DNA of 64,000 bases from the human T2T-CHM13v2.0 reference genome, Homo sapiens, in assembly GCF_009914755.1 (NCBI RefSeq), contig NC_060925.1. One strand, written 5' to 3'. Shown piece by piece: positions 14,886-35,294 of the stretch. The position numbers and the translations under genes are program-made. The notes below the pieces were generated by a model. It was not told the DNA's origin, did no database searches, and saw only the letters and a program-made list of their open reading frames with translations. Within the stretch, counting starts at the first letter, position 1, and each line of letters opens with the position of its first letter.

Positions 14886-15367
14886 AAATAGTGGGTTCTT
14901 GATGAAAGACAATTAGATGGCATCATTTTTTCCCTAATCAATGATCCAGAAATCCTGTGTATGTCTGGGCATATCTGAGGAAAAACCCCTGAAAGTAGGC
15001 AGAATCAATGGTGTCCAGATTATGAACATTGAAAATGTTGACAGCTATCGCGAAATTGCCCCTCAAGGGTTAGTAATTTTTGATAGGGAAAGCCAGTTAC
15101 CTCCCAAGTTTGTGAGTCAGCAAGAGACACAAAACATCAAAGCCAGGGCATTGAATGTTGTGGCAAGAGGCGGTTCTGGAGCTGTTGGCTTTGGAGGGGT
15201 CTCTGTTCTGGGGCTGGCTCCTTGTGCCTCATTTCCCAGCTGAGCCCATGGAACTCTCTCGCTCCAATCCGAGTCTCTGGGGCCTGGTAAAATTCCCCTC
15301 TGTGTTTAGTCACCTCTTGATTGGGAGCCAAAGCAGAAAACCAGTCAGCCCCACGAGCAGGAATTAC

Positions 15368-15506
15368 CTGTTTCTCATCAACTCCACTTGCCAGAACGGT
15401 CTGTGACTTTCCAGTTACTTTTCAGGGCCTCTCCTTGTGTTTTGGTGGGTGTGTCTAGAGGAAGAGAGGAAAGCAAATGCCCTTCTAGAGCAAGTTGCCT
15501 TTTAAA
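15368..15506 (-). promoter_or_regulatory. Candidate distal promoter / alternative first exon upstream of S100A11
   Basis: TTTAAAA TATA-like at 15500-15506; CAG|GTAATT donor at 15368/15367; AP-1 sites at 15113-15119 and 15811-15817. Confidence 0.5.
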
Positions 15507-16406
15507 CGGCAAACTTGAAACAAATAAAGCAGGTTGAAGATCACAGTGTGTGCTGCTGGGCCTGTGGGGGCGCTGGGCAGCAGAAAGGCACACTCTGCCT
15601 GCAGCCTCGGGATCTGGTCGCCTGTGTGGGAGTAGGGAGGAGTCCTGACGTACCCTCTCTAAGACTGGCTGCTCTGCACCTCCCTCCAAGCCAGGCTGGC
15701 CAGTAAAGAAATCTAGCTGTGGACAGGAAACGAGTGGTTTTTGTGATCTGAGCAGAAAGGGCGTTTTAGGCCTGGAGCAGAGTGGAGGCCCTGAGCCACG
15801 GCCCAGGAAGTGACTCACCCACCCTGATGTCTGAGTTGCTGCTTCCTTTATCTTGCAGGAGGGCGTGGCGGTGGGTCCCTGGGCTGTGCCTGTGACTGGA
15901 GTGGCTAGAGGCTGCTGGCTCCTGGGTCTCAGTCAGGGTCCAGCCCCGGTCTCAGTCCTGCTACCTCAGCAGCCAGAACTCTGATTTAGAGATATGAACA
16001 CCGCCTGTTACAGATATTTGGGGGAGATAGAAATGCCAGAAAACCCAGTCCCAGGAGCTGCTAGAGGGAAATACTGTTGTGGTGCCTCATTCCCTCCACC
16101 CACCTTCATTGCCCCACAATGCCCGAGGGTGGCAGTTCTGGTGACTTCACCAGCTGGTGGCAGGGGGAGGGAGGAGCTGGCTGGAGTTGCCATGGAGCGG
16201 CAGAGCCTGGTGGGCAGGGTGGGGCAGTGCCTCACAAAGGCCACCGAATTCTTAATCTCTTTCAGGTTTACTCAACTAATAAGTAACTTGTAGAGTTACA
16301 GGAATCATGTGAGGCCTTAACCCTCAGAATACCAGGAAAAATAATCACCTTTTACCATTTAGGTCCAATGGACGCTTTTAATTATCTATCTGTATCTGTC
16401 TATTTA

Positions 16407-16866
<460 letters not shown>

Positions 16867-16915
16867 TTACTCCATATTTTCCTAGATTTGAAGCTACACA
16901 CATATTTGCTTATTT

Positions 16916-16940
16916 TGTGTGTGTGTGTGTGTGTGTGTGT
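16916..16940. repeat. (TG)n microsatellite
   Basis: Direct reading. Confidence 0.95.
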
Positions 16941-19265
16941 ATTTTGATGCAGTTAACTGCTCATCAACTGTCATGCATGAACCTGGCACATATCCATTTT
17001 GTAAATAGCTGACTCCAGATTTCAAATACACCTGTAATAGGTTCTAGTTCAGCATTGCTTCTGTTTCTTCTTGCATCTGCGTTGTTCAAATGCAATACTT
17101 TAAAAAACTTTGATGGCTTATAATTTTGTTAAAGAGATGATGACCACCTTCTTTGTTCCATAATTGCGAAATATTTCATTTGTGGATTTACAAATATTAA
17201 TTAAAATGGCCGATCCAGTGAATGCTTTTATGTCTGTGTTATCTATTTTTTTCTAATCACCCTGTTACACACACCTGTCTTTAGCATTAGTCCACTTATA
17301 AACTGTTATCAAGCAAATTTTAGTGCATAAACATTATAAGAGATGAAGAATAATATCATACCTTTTTAGCCAAATGGGATGATTCAGGTTCTTGCAAAAT
17401 ATTCTGTGATGCAGTTCTTCCTGTTGCACAACTAAACATGAGAACAGATTTTGGTTTTTACTGTTATGTGAGATCATGAAGCCTCAGCAACACGTTGTAA
17501 TATAAGGAAAAATAAAGTGCTGCAGTAAACGGAAAACAATAACAACAACAGCGGTAAAACAAAGTCTCGCTCCCGTGGACATTACAATATGCACATGTAC
17601 TTGTGTACATGTTGCAAAAATGTAGAAAATGTAGATAGAAAAAAAAAATAAAGCACCGACAATTTTATTATGCAGGTTAATTTTCCAGCTACGTTCTTCC
17701 TGACTTGCATTCTATGTGCATATAAACATTCAGATTTTACTCTAAAGTGGGATAAGACTTGATTATTTTAACATAACTATTTGTTATAAATACCTTTTTA
17801 TGTCATTAAATATTCTTCTGTCTTGTCATTTTTAATGGTTTCATGGTGTAATTGGAATCTATTTTATCAGAGTGTTAAATTGACCAAGAGCATCCCGTAC
17901 CTCACTGTGCAAGTGTCAACATTAAAAAATATCATGCTTGTTTAGGGTAGTGGTTGTCAAACTTTAGTGTGCACAAGTCTCACCTTGGGAGCTTGTTAAC
18001 AGTTCAGGTCCCTGGACACCACACTCAGAGACTCTGATTCAGGAGGTCAAGAGTCTGCATGTTAATAATTCTCACTAACCAACAGGGGATTATGAGGGAG
18101 GTGGTCACCAGAGCCCATGGTGAGGCTCTTTGGTATGACTGATAGAATAGTACTTTATAGGGTCACAACTCCCTGCTCCACTTCATGGGGGCTTTGGGAG
18201 TTAGAGCCCCCTCAGGGTAAGGTGGTTTTAGCTACACTAGGCCTTTAGAGAATGGATCAGAGGGTTGAGCTTCAGTTGGTATAGGGGACTACTGGAGTCA
18301 GAGCTGGGGAAAATACCACACCAGATCAAAGAGGCAGAAATGTGTTTGGAACAAGGAGATCAAACTGAGGGCCAACAGACAGGAGGAACTGGAATAGGAT
18401 GAAAGCAGGGAGGAAGGTCCCAGCCATATCTGTCAATTAGTATCAGCAGTGCTGTTGAGTGCTTGATCCATGGGCAGGTCAGTTTTGGCTTAAAGGTGTC
18501 AAGTCAAAGGGGGATGAGAGTTTGCAAAAGCCCATGCTATATATCACCCATGTGTGATCCAGAGATTCTCTGGCTCTCAAGAGTAAATAAATTAATGTGA
18601 ATCATCCCCACACTAAATCCATGCCAATAGAAGTTCCAAGTCCTTCTGGGTGATCTCAGTGGGTCCCCAGGGTTCACATTCTCACGGCTGTCTCCTTCCA
18701 GTGAGGTCTATCTGCCTGCTTGACATGGGTAATTAAGCCTCTTCTCTTAGATTCCCACCAAAAAAAAACCATGCAAATATGTATGTATGTGTGTGTGTTA
18801 AAGACTTGGGAGTCTTGGGCAGGGTCACATCACACCTCACACAGCCTTCCACCACCTGTGGACTCCTCCTTATTTTTTTTCCTCCCCTGTCCAGCAACCC
18901 AGATTCCTCTCTTCCCATGACTAGCAGTTTATCAGTCATCTTTCACTGCTTGTGTGAGTCCTCTGGGTGTCACCCTCCACCCTGAACTCATGTCAAGACA
19001 TTTTTCTGGGCAGTCCTACTCTGTAAGAAGAGACAGTTTGTTATTATAGTAACATTTCCTCCTTTCTTAAGCACACGCCTGAGCCTGTGCCTGTGGCAGG
19101 GGAGGGGTGGGGAGGGGCATTCATTCTTGGCTCGTGGGTTCCCGCTCAGCAAAGGCTGGAGTTGGTAGCCCATTCTCAGTCTACAATCTTGGTCGCTAGC
19201 AAATGAACTGCCAACTGTCGGCTCTGCACAACTCCATTAATGGAAGGTCAAATTATTTTTACAGC

Positions 19266-19656
<391 letters not shown>

Positions 19657-20026
19657 TAGCTATAATATAGAATCATTGATGCTGAAATAAACATGTAGCA
19701 GACACTGCACTCCTATCCAGATTTCACAGATGAAAGCCATATTCTAATACCCATTTATTCATATGTTTTACCATTTCTGAAATCCAGGCGTGTCTTAAAA
19801 TTGAAGTGTTCATTTAACGTAATAGTCACCCCCTGCCCTCAACTGCTTCTTTTTAATTGATGATGCCTCTTACAATTTTACAATCTAACAATGCAGTAGG
19901 AACACCACCCTGTATCCCCAAAGGAACTGAGTTCGGGGATTGTGCAGCATTCTTTGCCTTAAAATCTAAGTTACAGATGAACATGAGAATGACAGAATCT
20001 CCTGTCTATTTGAAATTCCAAGAAGC

Positions 20027-20160
20027 GGCTAGGTGTGGTGGCTCATGTCTGTAATCCCAACACTTTAGGAGGCCAAGGCAAGAGGATCGCCTGAGCCTAG
20101 GAACTCAAGACCAGCCTGGCCAACGCAGTGAGATCCTGCCTCAATTAAAAAAAAAATAAA
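20027..20160 (+). mobile_element. Alu left monomer (FLAM-like) with TSD
   Basis: TSD gaaattccaaga at 20012-20023 and 20161-20172. Confidence 0.85.
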
Positions 20161-20269
20161 GAAATTCCAAGACCTTGTGTTTTCCCCTCACCATCAGTCC
20201 AGGCCAGGGCGGTGAAGTGAGGTTTCTTCTCCACTCCCTGTTGCCTAATGCGGGGTCTACATGAGACAT

Positions 20270-20298
20270 TGCAGTCAGTCACCACCAGGTGGCGCACA
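20270..20298 (+). promoter_or_regulatory. CTCF-like binding motif
   Basis: CCACCAGGTGGCGC at 20282-20295 with upstream TGCAG. Confidence 0.7.
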
Positions 20299-20589
20299 AG
20301 CCATGAAAAAGAAGTTCTGAGGGCCGCACATCTTCAACACCGGGTTCTTTCCGGATGGCTACTAATGAGGAATTGAGTGGCTACTTACATGGCAGGTGAG
20401 CTGGCTGGGCCTGGTGAAGACAGATTTCGTGGAGCATCTGGGAAAAGGTTTGCATAGCACGGACAGGGACAGAAGTTAGGATACATTAGCTAGAGTAACG
20501 ATATCTACGGAACGAATGCTTGCAACTCTCCTGCAATACAGGAGAGAACAAGATCGCACCTGAAGTGATCTTGTGTTTTAGAAACTCCT

Positions 20590-20764
20590 GGCCAGGGGTG
20601 GTGGTGGGTGACAGTGGTCCCAGCTACTCGGGAGGCTGAGGTGTGAGAATTCCTTGAGCCCTGGTGGAGGCTGCAGTGAGCCTAGAGAGCACCACTACTC
20701 TCCAGCCTGGGCGACAGAGCAAGACCCTGTTTCAAAAACCAAACTAAACCAACCCCAAACCCCC
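20590..20764 (+). mobile_element. Alu right monomer (FRAM-like)
   Basis: Right-arm consensus; agaaactcct repeated on both sides. Confidence 0.8.
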
Positions 20765-21479
20765 AGAAACTCCTTCAACGAGTTGAGGTTTAATGTCATT
20801 CCCTCAGCTTCTACAGAAGATTATTGCAATGACGGACATAGAATAGATTCTTATTCTTGGGTTCTGTTCAATGCAGGTTGATATATTTTACTCCGTTGTC
20901 ACACATGTAACTTGGAGGAGACTTAAAAAGTCTGAAGCTGGGCTTGTCCTCAGATGGAGGCATGAGAGGGCTGGGTGAGGGGGGAATAAAGCTGCCATCC
21001 AGTGTGGTTTCAAGTCTCAGGGCGACTCGGGTGTTTTTCTCCTCAGGATTCAGCATGTTCCTCACTGCTCCGTCTCTCGGCAGATGGCCTTGTTTGCTCT
21101 ACCACAGGGAAGACAGCTGTTAGGCGCCGACTCCTCCAGCTCTTCCCTGCCCCTGCGCAGCACATTTATCCAACCTTGTCCGCACCTTCGCCATCTGCAC
21201 TCCCTCTCCCACTGCAGAGGGGACCTGCTCCTCCCCGGGGCCTTGGACCCCACGCCCTCCCACCTAGCTCCTCATTCTTCATTCGTCAATGATCCTCTTG
21301 GTTTCCTGCATCTTCCGCTTTCTGCTCTGTATTGCATTCTTCTCACCAAATAGCCCTAAGCCAGCCCGCCAGCCTTCCCCCTACCCTGACTCTGTTTAGC
21401 TGTGTGGGGTCTCCCGCTTCTTTTCCAGCCAAGCTTCTGCAAAGAGTGAGCCTCCAGATTTGGAAATATTTCCTTCATT

Positions 21480-25800
<4,321 letters not shown>

Positions 25801-26068
25801 TTGTTTTTGCTTTTTGTGGGCTCCAATAGGTAAATGTGAATATGAATATTATTGAATGGACGGATAAAAATATGTGTTTTATGAGTGAAAGATAAGCCTC
25901 ATTCTAGAGGCCATGACAATGATGCTTTATCTCAGTTTTCAATCTGAGACTAGAAGAAGACCAAGGGGAAATTAATGCTTAGTAACTATTTCTTGTACTT
26001 TTTATAAGGTTTATAATTTGGCTTTACAATTTGAAATGTCTTTCAGAAGAGCCTAGAGAGAGTTATAG

Positions 26069-26074
26069 TTTATT
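26069..26074 (-). terminator. Candidate poly(A) signal AATAAA of the SFTP pseudogene (ATTAAA also at 26115-26120)
   Basis: ~370 nt beyond the inferred stop, just before repeat-derived DNA begins. Confidence 0.55.
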
Positions 26075-26440
26075 GATATTAAAATCACAGGTTACTGAAG
26101 GATATTACACAACATTTAATTTTTCTTTTCACCATAAGCCATTCCTAAAAACTGTTAGAGTCCCAGAAACCAAAAGTTGAAGAATTGGACCTGTGATAGA
26201 TAGAGTCTGAGGTTTATGGAGGAAGAAAAAGCCAAGAATGCCTAAGACAATCAGCTCAGCCAACTGGGGAGGTGAAAATTTTTTGTAGCATCTGGATATC
26301 ACTTTAGAACTCATCCTCAGAGGATCTAGTGTGCTTGTTAGATTTCCAAATATGATAGACATCATCCTGCTGGTCGTGAGCATAATCTTCCTATGTTCCT
26401 TCCTCATCCTGGTATACATAGTCTTCTTCTGGATCCCAAA

Positions 26441-29400
26441 TTAGGTAGCAGCAATAACTTGCCCATTCTTGTGATTCTTACACATCTCCAAACCTGTATA
26501 ATTGAGCCTATTTTCTGTATTTGTTGTTTCAGATGGATCATGAAGACAATAGCATAACCAGTTACCTTTCTTCTTGGGAAAAAAGTATACCTCACAAGTT
26601 ATTGGCCCAATTTTTCTGGTGGATGCTAATTCCTAAGGATCTAAATCTCTAAGCTCAGCTTCCTCCTGCTTGGGGAAATACTTTTGATCTTTTTCTCTCC
26701 ACAGCTGCTCTTTTGTTTCATGGTCAAATTCTCTCACAGATATGCCTTTTCCAGAGTTTCTCTCATTTTTGCCCCTAAGATGACCCTCATCCTTTTTAGA
26801 AGGTGGTTTTTGCTCTCTAACCTCTTGTCTTTCATCATACCTTGGTTCTGGTCTCATGTCTGTTACCTGGTGTCTTCCATAATTCCTAGAGTCTGGCCTC
26901 AGATCTCTCTTGGTTTCTTTCATCATGCCTGGGTTCTGGTCTCATGTCTCTCACTTGATATCTCCTATCATTCCTGGACTCGAGGCTCAGATCTCCCACT
27001 TGTCTTCTCTCAACATCTCTTAGTGCAAAGATCTGGTCTCTATGTTGGAATCCTTCATATTCTCTTGTAGTTGTTCTCTGCTCTCTAATTTGGTGTCCTC
27101 CATCATTCCTGAGTCCAGGGCTCAGGTCTCTCACTTGTTTTCTCCCATCATTCCTTTGGTGCTGGGATTTGAGATCTCACTTGGCACCCCTGATTTTCTG
27201 TTGGAGCTGGTATTTGATTTTGAATGTGGTGTTCCCCGTCATTATCGAGTTCTAGGCTCAGGTCTGTCATATGGCATCTCCTATCAATCTCAGGTTCAGG
27301 ACTCAGGTCTCTCACTTGGCTTCTTCTATCATCCCTTGGTGTGGAGATCTAGTCTCTATGTTGGAATTTTTCATTTTACCTTGGAGCTGGTCTCTGTTCT
27401 CTAACCCGACTTCTCCCATCATACCTGGGATTTGGTTTCTGCTCTTTAATTTGGTGTTCCGCATAATTGCTGGGATCAGGATTCGGGTCTCTCACTTGGC
27501 TTCTCTCATCACCCCTTGGTGTGAGCTTCTGGACCCTATGTTGGGATCTCTCATATTGTCTTGCAGCTGGTCTCTGCTCCCTAACAGGACTTTTGTCATC
27601 ACTTCTGGGTTCTGGTCTCATGTCTCTCAGTTGGTATCTCACATCGTTCCTGGTATTAGGACTTAGGTCTCTCATTTGGCATCTCTCCCTTTCCCTTGTT
27701 GAGGGGATCTGGTCTGTATGCTGGAATCCTCGATATTCTCCTTCAGCTGGTCTCTGTCCCCTAACTTGGTGTCTGTTTCCATCATTCCTGGGCTCAGGTC
27801 TCTCATCTGACTTACCCATCATTCCTTGGTGCTGGGGTTCTCTCTCTCACTTGGTGTCTCTGATTTTGTGTTAGACCTTGTTTCTGTTGAACCTAGCATT
27901 TCCCATCATTATTGAGTTCTTGGCCCAGGTCTCTCACATGACATCTCCCATGGTTCTCAGGTTCAGGGCTTAGGTCTCCCTCTTGTCTTCTCTCATCACC
28001 CTTTTGTGTGGAGATCTTGTCTCTATGGTGGAACCTTTCATATTGCCTTGGAGCTGATCTCTGCTCTCTAACTTGACTTCTCTCATCACATCTTGGATCT
28101 GGTCTCTGCTTTCTACCTTGACTCCTCCTATCATACCTGGGTTCTGGTCTCTCCTCCCTAATTTGATGTTCCCCATTATTTCTGGGCTCAGGGCTCAGGT
28201 CTCTCACTTGTCTTCTTTCATCCCTTGATCTGGAGATCTGGTCTCTATGTTGGAATCTTTCATATGGCCTTGGAACTGGTCTCTGCTTTCTAACTTGACT
28301 TTTCTCATTATCCCTTGATTCTAGGCTTTCATCAGTCACTTGATGTCTCTCACTTTCAGTTAGAGCTAATCTCTGTTGGCTAAAATAAAATCTCCCTTCA
28401 TTCCTGGGTTGAGGGCTCAGGTCTCTCACCGGATATTTCTCATCATCTCTAGATGCTTGTTGTTCATGTCTTGCTTGGTGTCTCCCTTTATTCCTGGTCT
28501 GTGGGCTCAGGTCTCTCACTTAATGTCTCTCATCATCCCTTGATGTTGAGCTTCCATCTCTTGCTTGGTGCGTCCCTTCATTCCTCGGTTGTGGGCTCAG
28601 GTCTCTCGCTGGATATCTCCCATCATCTCTTGATGTTGGGCTTTCATCTCTTGTTGGTGTCTCTCATCTTCTGTTGGAGCTGATCTCCGATCTCTAACTT
28701 GGTGTCACCCATCATTCCTGGGTTGCGGGCTCATGTCTCTTACCTCTTACTGGATATCTCCCATTATCTCTTGGTGCTGGGCTTTTATCTCTTACTTGGT
28801 GTCTTTCATCTTCTGTTGGAGCTGATCTCTGATCCCCAACTTGGCATCTCCCATCACTTCTGGTCTGTGGGCCCAGGTCTCTCACTGGATATCTCCCATC
28901 ATCTCTTGATGTTGGGCTTTCATCTCTCACTTTGTGTCTCTTATTTTTTGTTAGAGCTGATCTCTGATCCCTAACTTGGTATCTCCTATCATTCCTGGGT
29001 TTTGGGCTCAAGTCTCTCACTGGACATCTCCTGTTATCTCTGGATGCCAGGCTTCCATCTCTCCCTTGGCATCTCACATCATTCATGGTTTGTAGGCTCA
29101 GGTCACTCACTGGATAACTCTCATCATCCCTTGATGCTGGGTTTTCATATCTCACTTGGTGTCTCTCACTTTCTGTTGGAGCTGATGTCTGTTTTCTAAC
29201 TTGGTGTCTCCCATCATTCCCAGGTTGTGGGCTCAGGTCTCTCACTTGATGTCTTCCATCATCCCTTGGCATTGGGGCCCGGTTACTATCTTGGAGTCTG
29301 TCATGTTGTCTTGGAACTGATCTCTGCTCCCTAAATTGACATGTCCCATCATTTCTGGGTTCTGGGCTCATATCTCTGACTTGTTGTCTCCCATCATTTC

Positions 29401-31209
29401 TGGGTTCTGGTGTCTGCTTCCTAACTTGATGTCTCTCATACTTCCTGGGCTGTGGGCTCAGGTCTCTCACTTGGCATTTCTCATTATTCTTTGTCCCTAT
29501 GGACTGAATCTTTATCTTGTGTTTCCCATTTTCCTGTAGCATTGGTGTCTGATCACTGACTCCCAGTCTTTCATCTTCTCTTGGAGATAGTCTCTGCTCT
29601 CTAATTTGCTGTCTTCCACTATTTTGAGTATATGAGCTCAGTTCTCTCACTAGATGTCTCTCTTCATCCATTGGTGCTGAGGTCTGAGCACTCATCTGTT
29701 GTCTCTCACTCTTGTTGACCTGACTGATCTTGTGGTTCTGGCCTGTGGTCTTGTACTGGATGTTTTCCATAATTGCTTGGAGCTGGATCCTGGTTTCTCA
29801 CTTGTTTGCTGCCAACATCCTGAGATACAAGAATCTTGTCTTCTCTCACTTGATGCCTCCCAGTATCCCTTGGTGTTGGGTTCTGGATTCTTACTTGGTG
29901 ATGCTCATCAACTCTTGGTTCTAAGATCTGCTCTCTACCAGATTGTCTTAGATAACCTTGGAGTTCTAGCCTCCTGTCTCTCACTTGAACACTTCTGTAA
30001 TCACTTTGTGTTGACAAATGACCTCTCTCTTGGTATCTTACAGAGTCCTGGGATTCTAGGCTTTGGTCCCTCACTTGTCATTGCCCATCACTATTTGCTT
30101 TGGGATTTGGTTTCTCACTTGGTGTCTCTGTACATCCTGGGAATCTTGCCTCTGATCTCTCACTTGAAGACTGCCATCATTCCGTAGTGGTGGGACCTGG
30201 TTTTTTACTTGATTTCTTCTCACATCACAGATCTTAGAATTTAGGTCTCTCACTTGGTGTTGCCCCAAATCCTGAGGTTTAGGGCTTATGTCTCTTATTT
30301 GAAGTCTGTCAGCATTCTGGGGTTCTACACTCTGGTCTCTCACTTGATGCCTTCTGTCATGCCTTAGTATCGGGACCAAGTCTCTCCTTTGGAGCCTTTC
30401 ACTATCCTGGGTTTCAGGGCCCAGGTGTTTTGCCTTACATTGTGGAACATCCTGCAACTCTTGCCTATGGTCTCTTACTCGATGACTTCCCTCAGGTCCC
30501 AGTGCTGTAATCTTCTCTCTGACTTGGTGTCTTCCAACATTCTGAGATTCTAAGGTCTGATTTCTCATTCCATGAGTCGCATTATCCCTTAGGGTTGGGA
30601 TCTGGTTTCTTATGTGGTGTCTTTGAACGTCCTGGGATGCTGGGTTCTAGTCTCTCATTTGATGCCTTCTGTCATGCCTTGATGTTGGCATCTGGTCTCT
30701 CATTTGGTGTCTCCCAGCATCCTGGTATCTTAGGCTCAGGTTTCTCCCTTGGCCCCCCCATCATTGCTTGGTATTTGGGCTTGGCCTGTCACCTGGTGTC
30801 TTCCAATATTTTGTGGTTCAGGGCTCAAGTCTCTCACTTGGTGTCTTCTAATATGCTGTGATTCTTGGTTATGAGCTTTAACTCCATGACTCTCATCATC
30901 ACTGGGTGTTGGGATTTGGTCTCTCACTTTATGTCTCCAAATATCCTGGGACTCTCGGCTCTGATCTGTCTGCTGACGTTTTTTCTTTGTCTGGTTGCCT
31001 GCCTTTGAGTCCTTTTGCTTGTCGTCCTTGCATTTCGGATCTTCTCTCCATTTCCTTTAATTCAGGACAGAGAAGAGCTTTTATGCATGCATGATAGGCT
31101 TTTGTCACTGTAAGCACCAGCAAAATGAATTCACTGAAATCAACTGTTTTGTGACCATCTTGATCCAGCTGTTGGAGGATTTTTCTATTGTCTCAGAATT
31201 AGTTGTTTT
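26441..31209 (-). pseudogene. SFTP pseudogene exon 3, former coding part: KTTNSETIEK/fs/ILQQLDQDGHKTVDFSEFILLVLTVTKAYHACI + repeat domain + unique tail
   Basis: Polypyrimidine tract and TAG acceptor at 31210-31211; 12-residue EF loop at 31130-31165; chain of minus-strand ORF fragments between 26633 and 31123. Confidence 0.92.
26750..30930 (-). repeat. Degenerate 45-nt coding tandem repeat (~90 units; 15 aa RHQVRDxSPxPRxDG)
   Basis: tctctcacttg recurs on the plus strand at 45-nt spacing; 15-aa periodicity in ORF 28712-29770. Unit count estimated as length/45. Confidence 0.9.
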
Positions 31210-31805
31210 CTATGAGAAAAAAATCAAGAAAGTAGTTTATTAATCATTTGTTATTTTTTTCCTTCTCTTATGTTTTGTTACCAAGAAAATTCCTTAGGGG
31301 ACATTTAAGAGGTCTGTTTTCTAGTTCTATTTATAGCTATTTCACTGCATATTATTTTCTATGGCAGTATTATGTATATTTTTATATTTTGAGATCACAG
31401 TAACTGAAATGTATATTCCTAGTATTAATAAAATATAGCATTATTTTATTACATATTTATTAACCACTAACACACCCTGTTTTCCCCCAACTCTCAATGA
31501 TGACTCTGCTTTATAATGAAATCCAAGTCACCAAACTGGAACTCTCTCATTTATCCAAGCAAAGGAACAAACTTTCTTTAATGTGTACTCTTTCCTGAGA
31601 CAGTAGAGGAAGTTTTTCTCTTTCTATCCAAAGCAAATCCATCTGTTTGTGCCCTCGAGTTCATGCCCTTTACTTTATAAAAGACTGAGTTACTTCTGAT
31701 AATTTCTCTTTCTCTTGACTTTTTGATGCTTTAGTCTCTACTGGATCATTCCAGACAGAGAAACAGTATGCTTTATTAGCTATCATACTTTAAAAAATTT
31801 CCTGT

Positions 31806-35095
<3,290 letters not shown>

Positions 35096-35131
35096 GTAAA
35101 TGTGCAAGGAGTGAGCCCCTGTCCTTCTTAC

Positions 35132-35294
35132 CTCCAAGGCCATTCCAAACTCTTGTCTGAGAAGTGTCTTGAGTTTTGTCTTGTTCAGCCTCTGCCAGTC
35201 TCCATCACTCTGCGTGCTTGTGGAAAATGTCGATGATACTGATGCTGCTCCTCAGAAGATAGGGAAGCATCTTGTTTTGCCAACTGGAGTGCAC
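35132..35294 (-). pseudogene. SFTP pseudogene exon 2 (pseudo-EF-hand): MLPYLLRSSISIIDIFHKHA/fs/SDGDWQRLNKTKLKTLLRQEFGMALE
   Basis: AG at 35295-35296, ATG at 35268-35270, GAG|GTAAG donor at 35132/35131; 139 coding nt (frameshift) giving TGA at 35205-35207; aligns with TCHHL1 exon 2 in this window. Confidence 0.92.

Noticed and set aside
15378-15818. 146-codon minus-strand ORF
   Set aside because: Starts at GTG within a splice-donor/AP-1 motif; no recognisable domain; expected by chance in GC-rich DNA.
26750-30930. Regularly spaced repeats suggestive of a CRISPR-like array
   Set aside because: Human DNA; units are contiguous degenerate coding repeats in multiples of 3 nt with no unique spacers.
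26684-31094. Many plus-strand Leu/Ser/His-rich ORFs that look membrane-like
   Set aside because: Antisense shadows of the purine-rich 45-nt repeat; the S100 domain and splice signals are on the minus strand.
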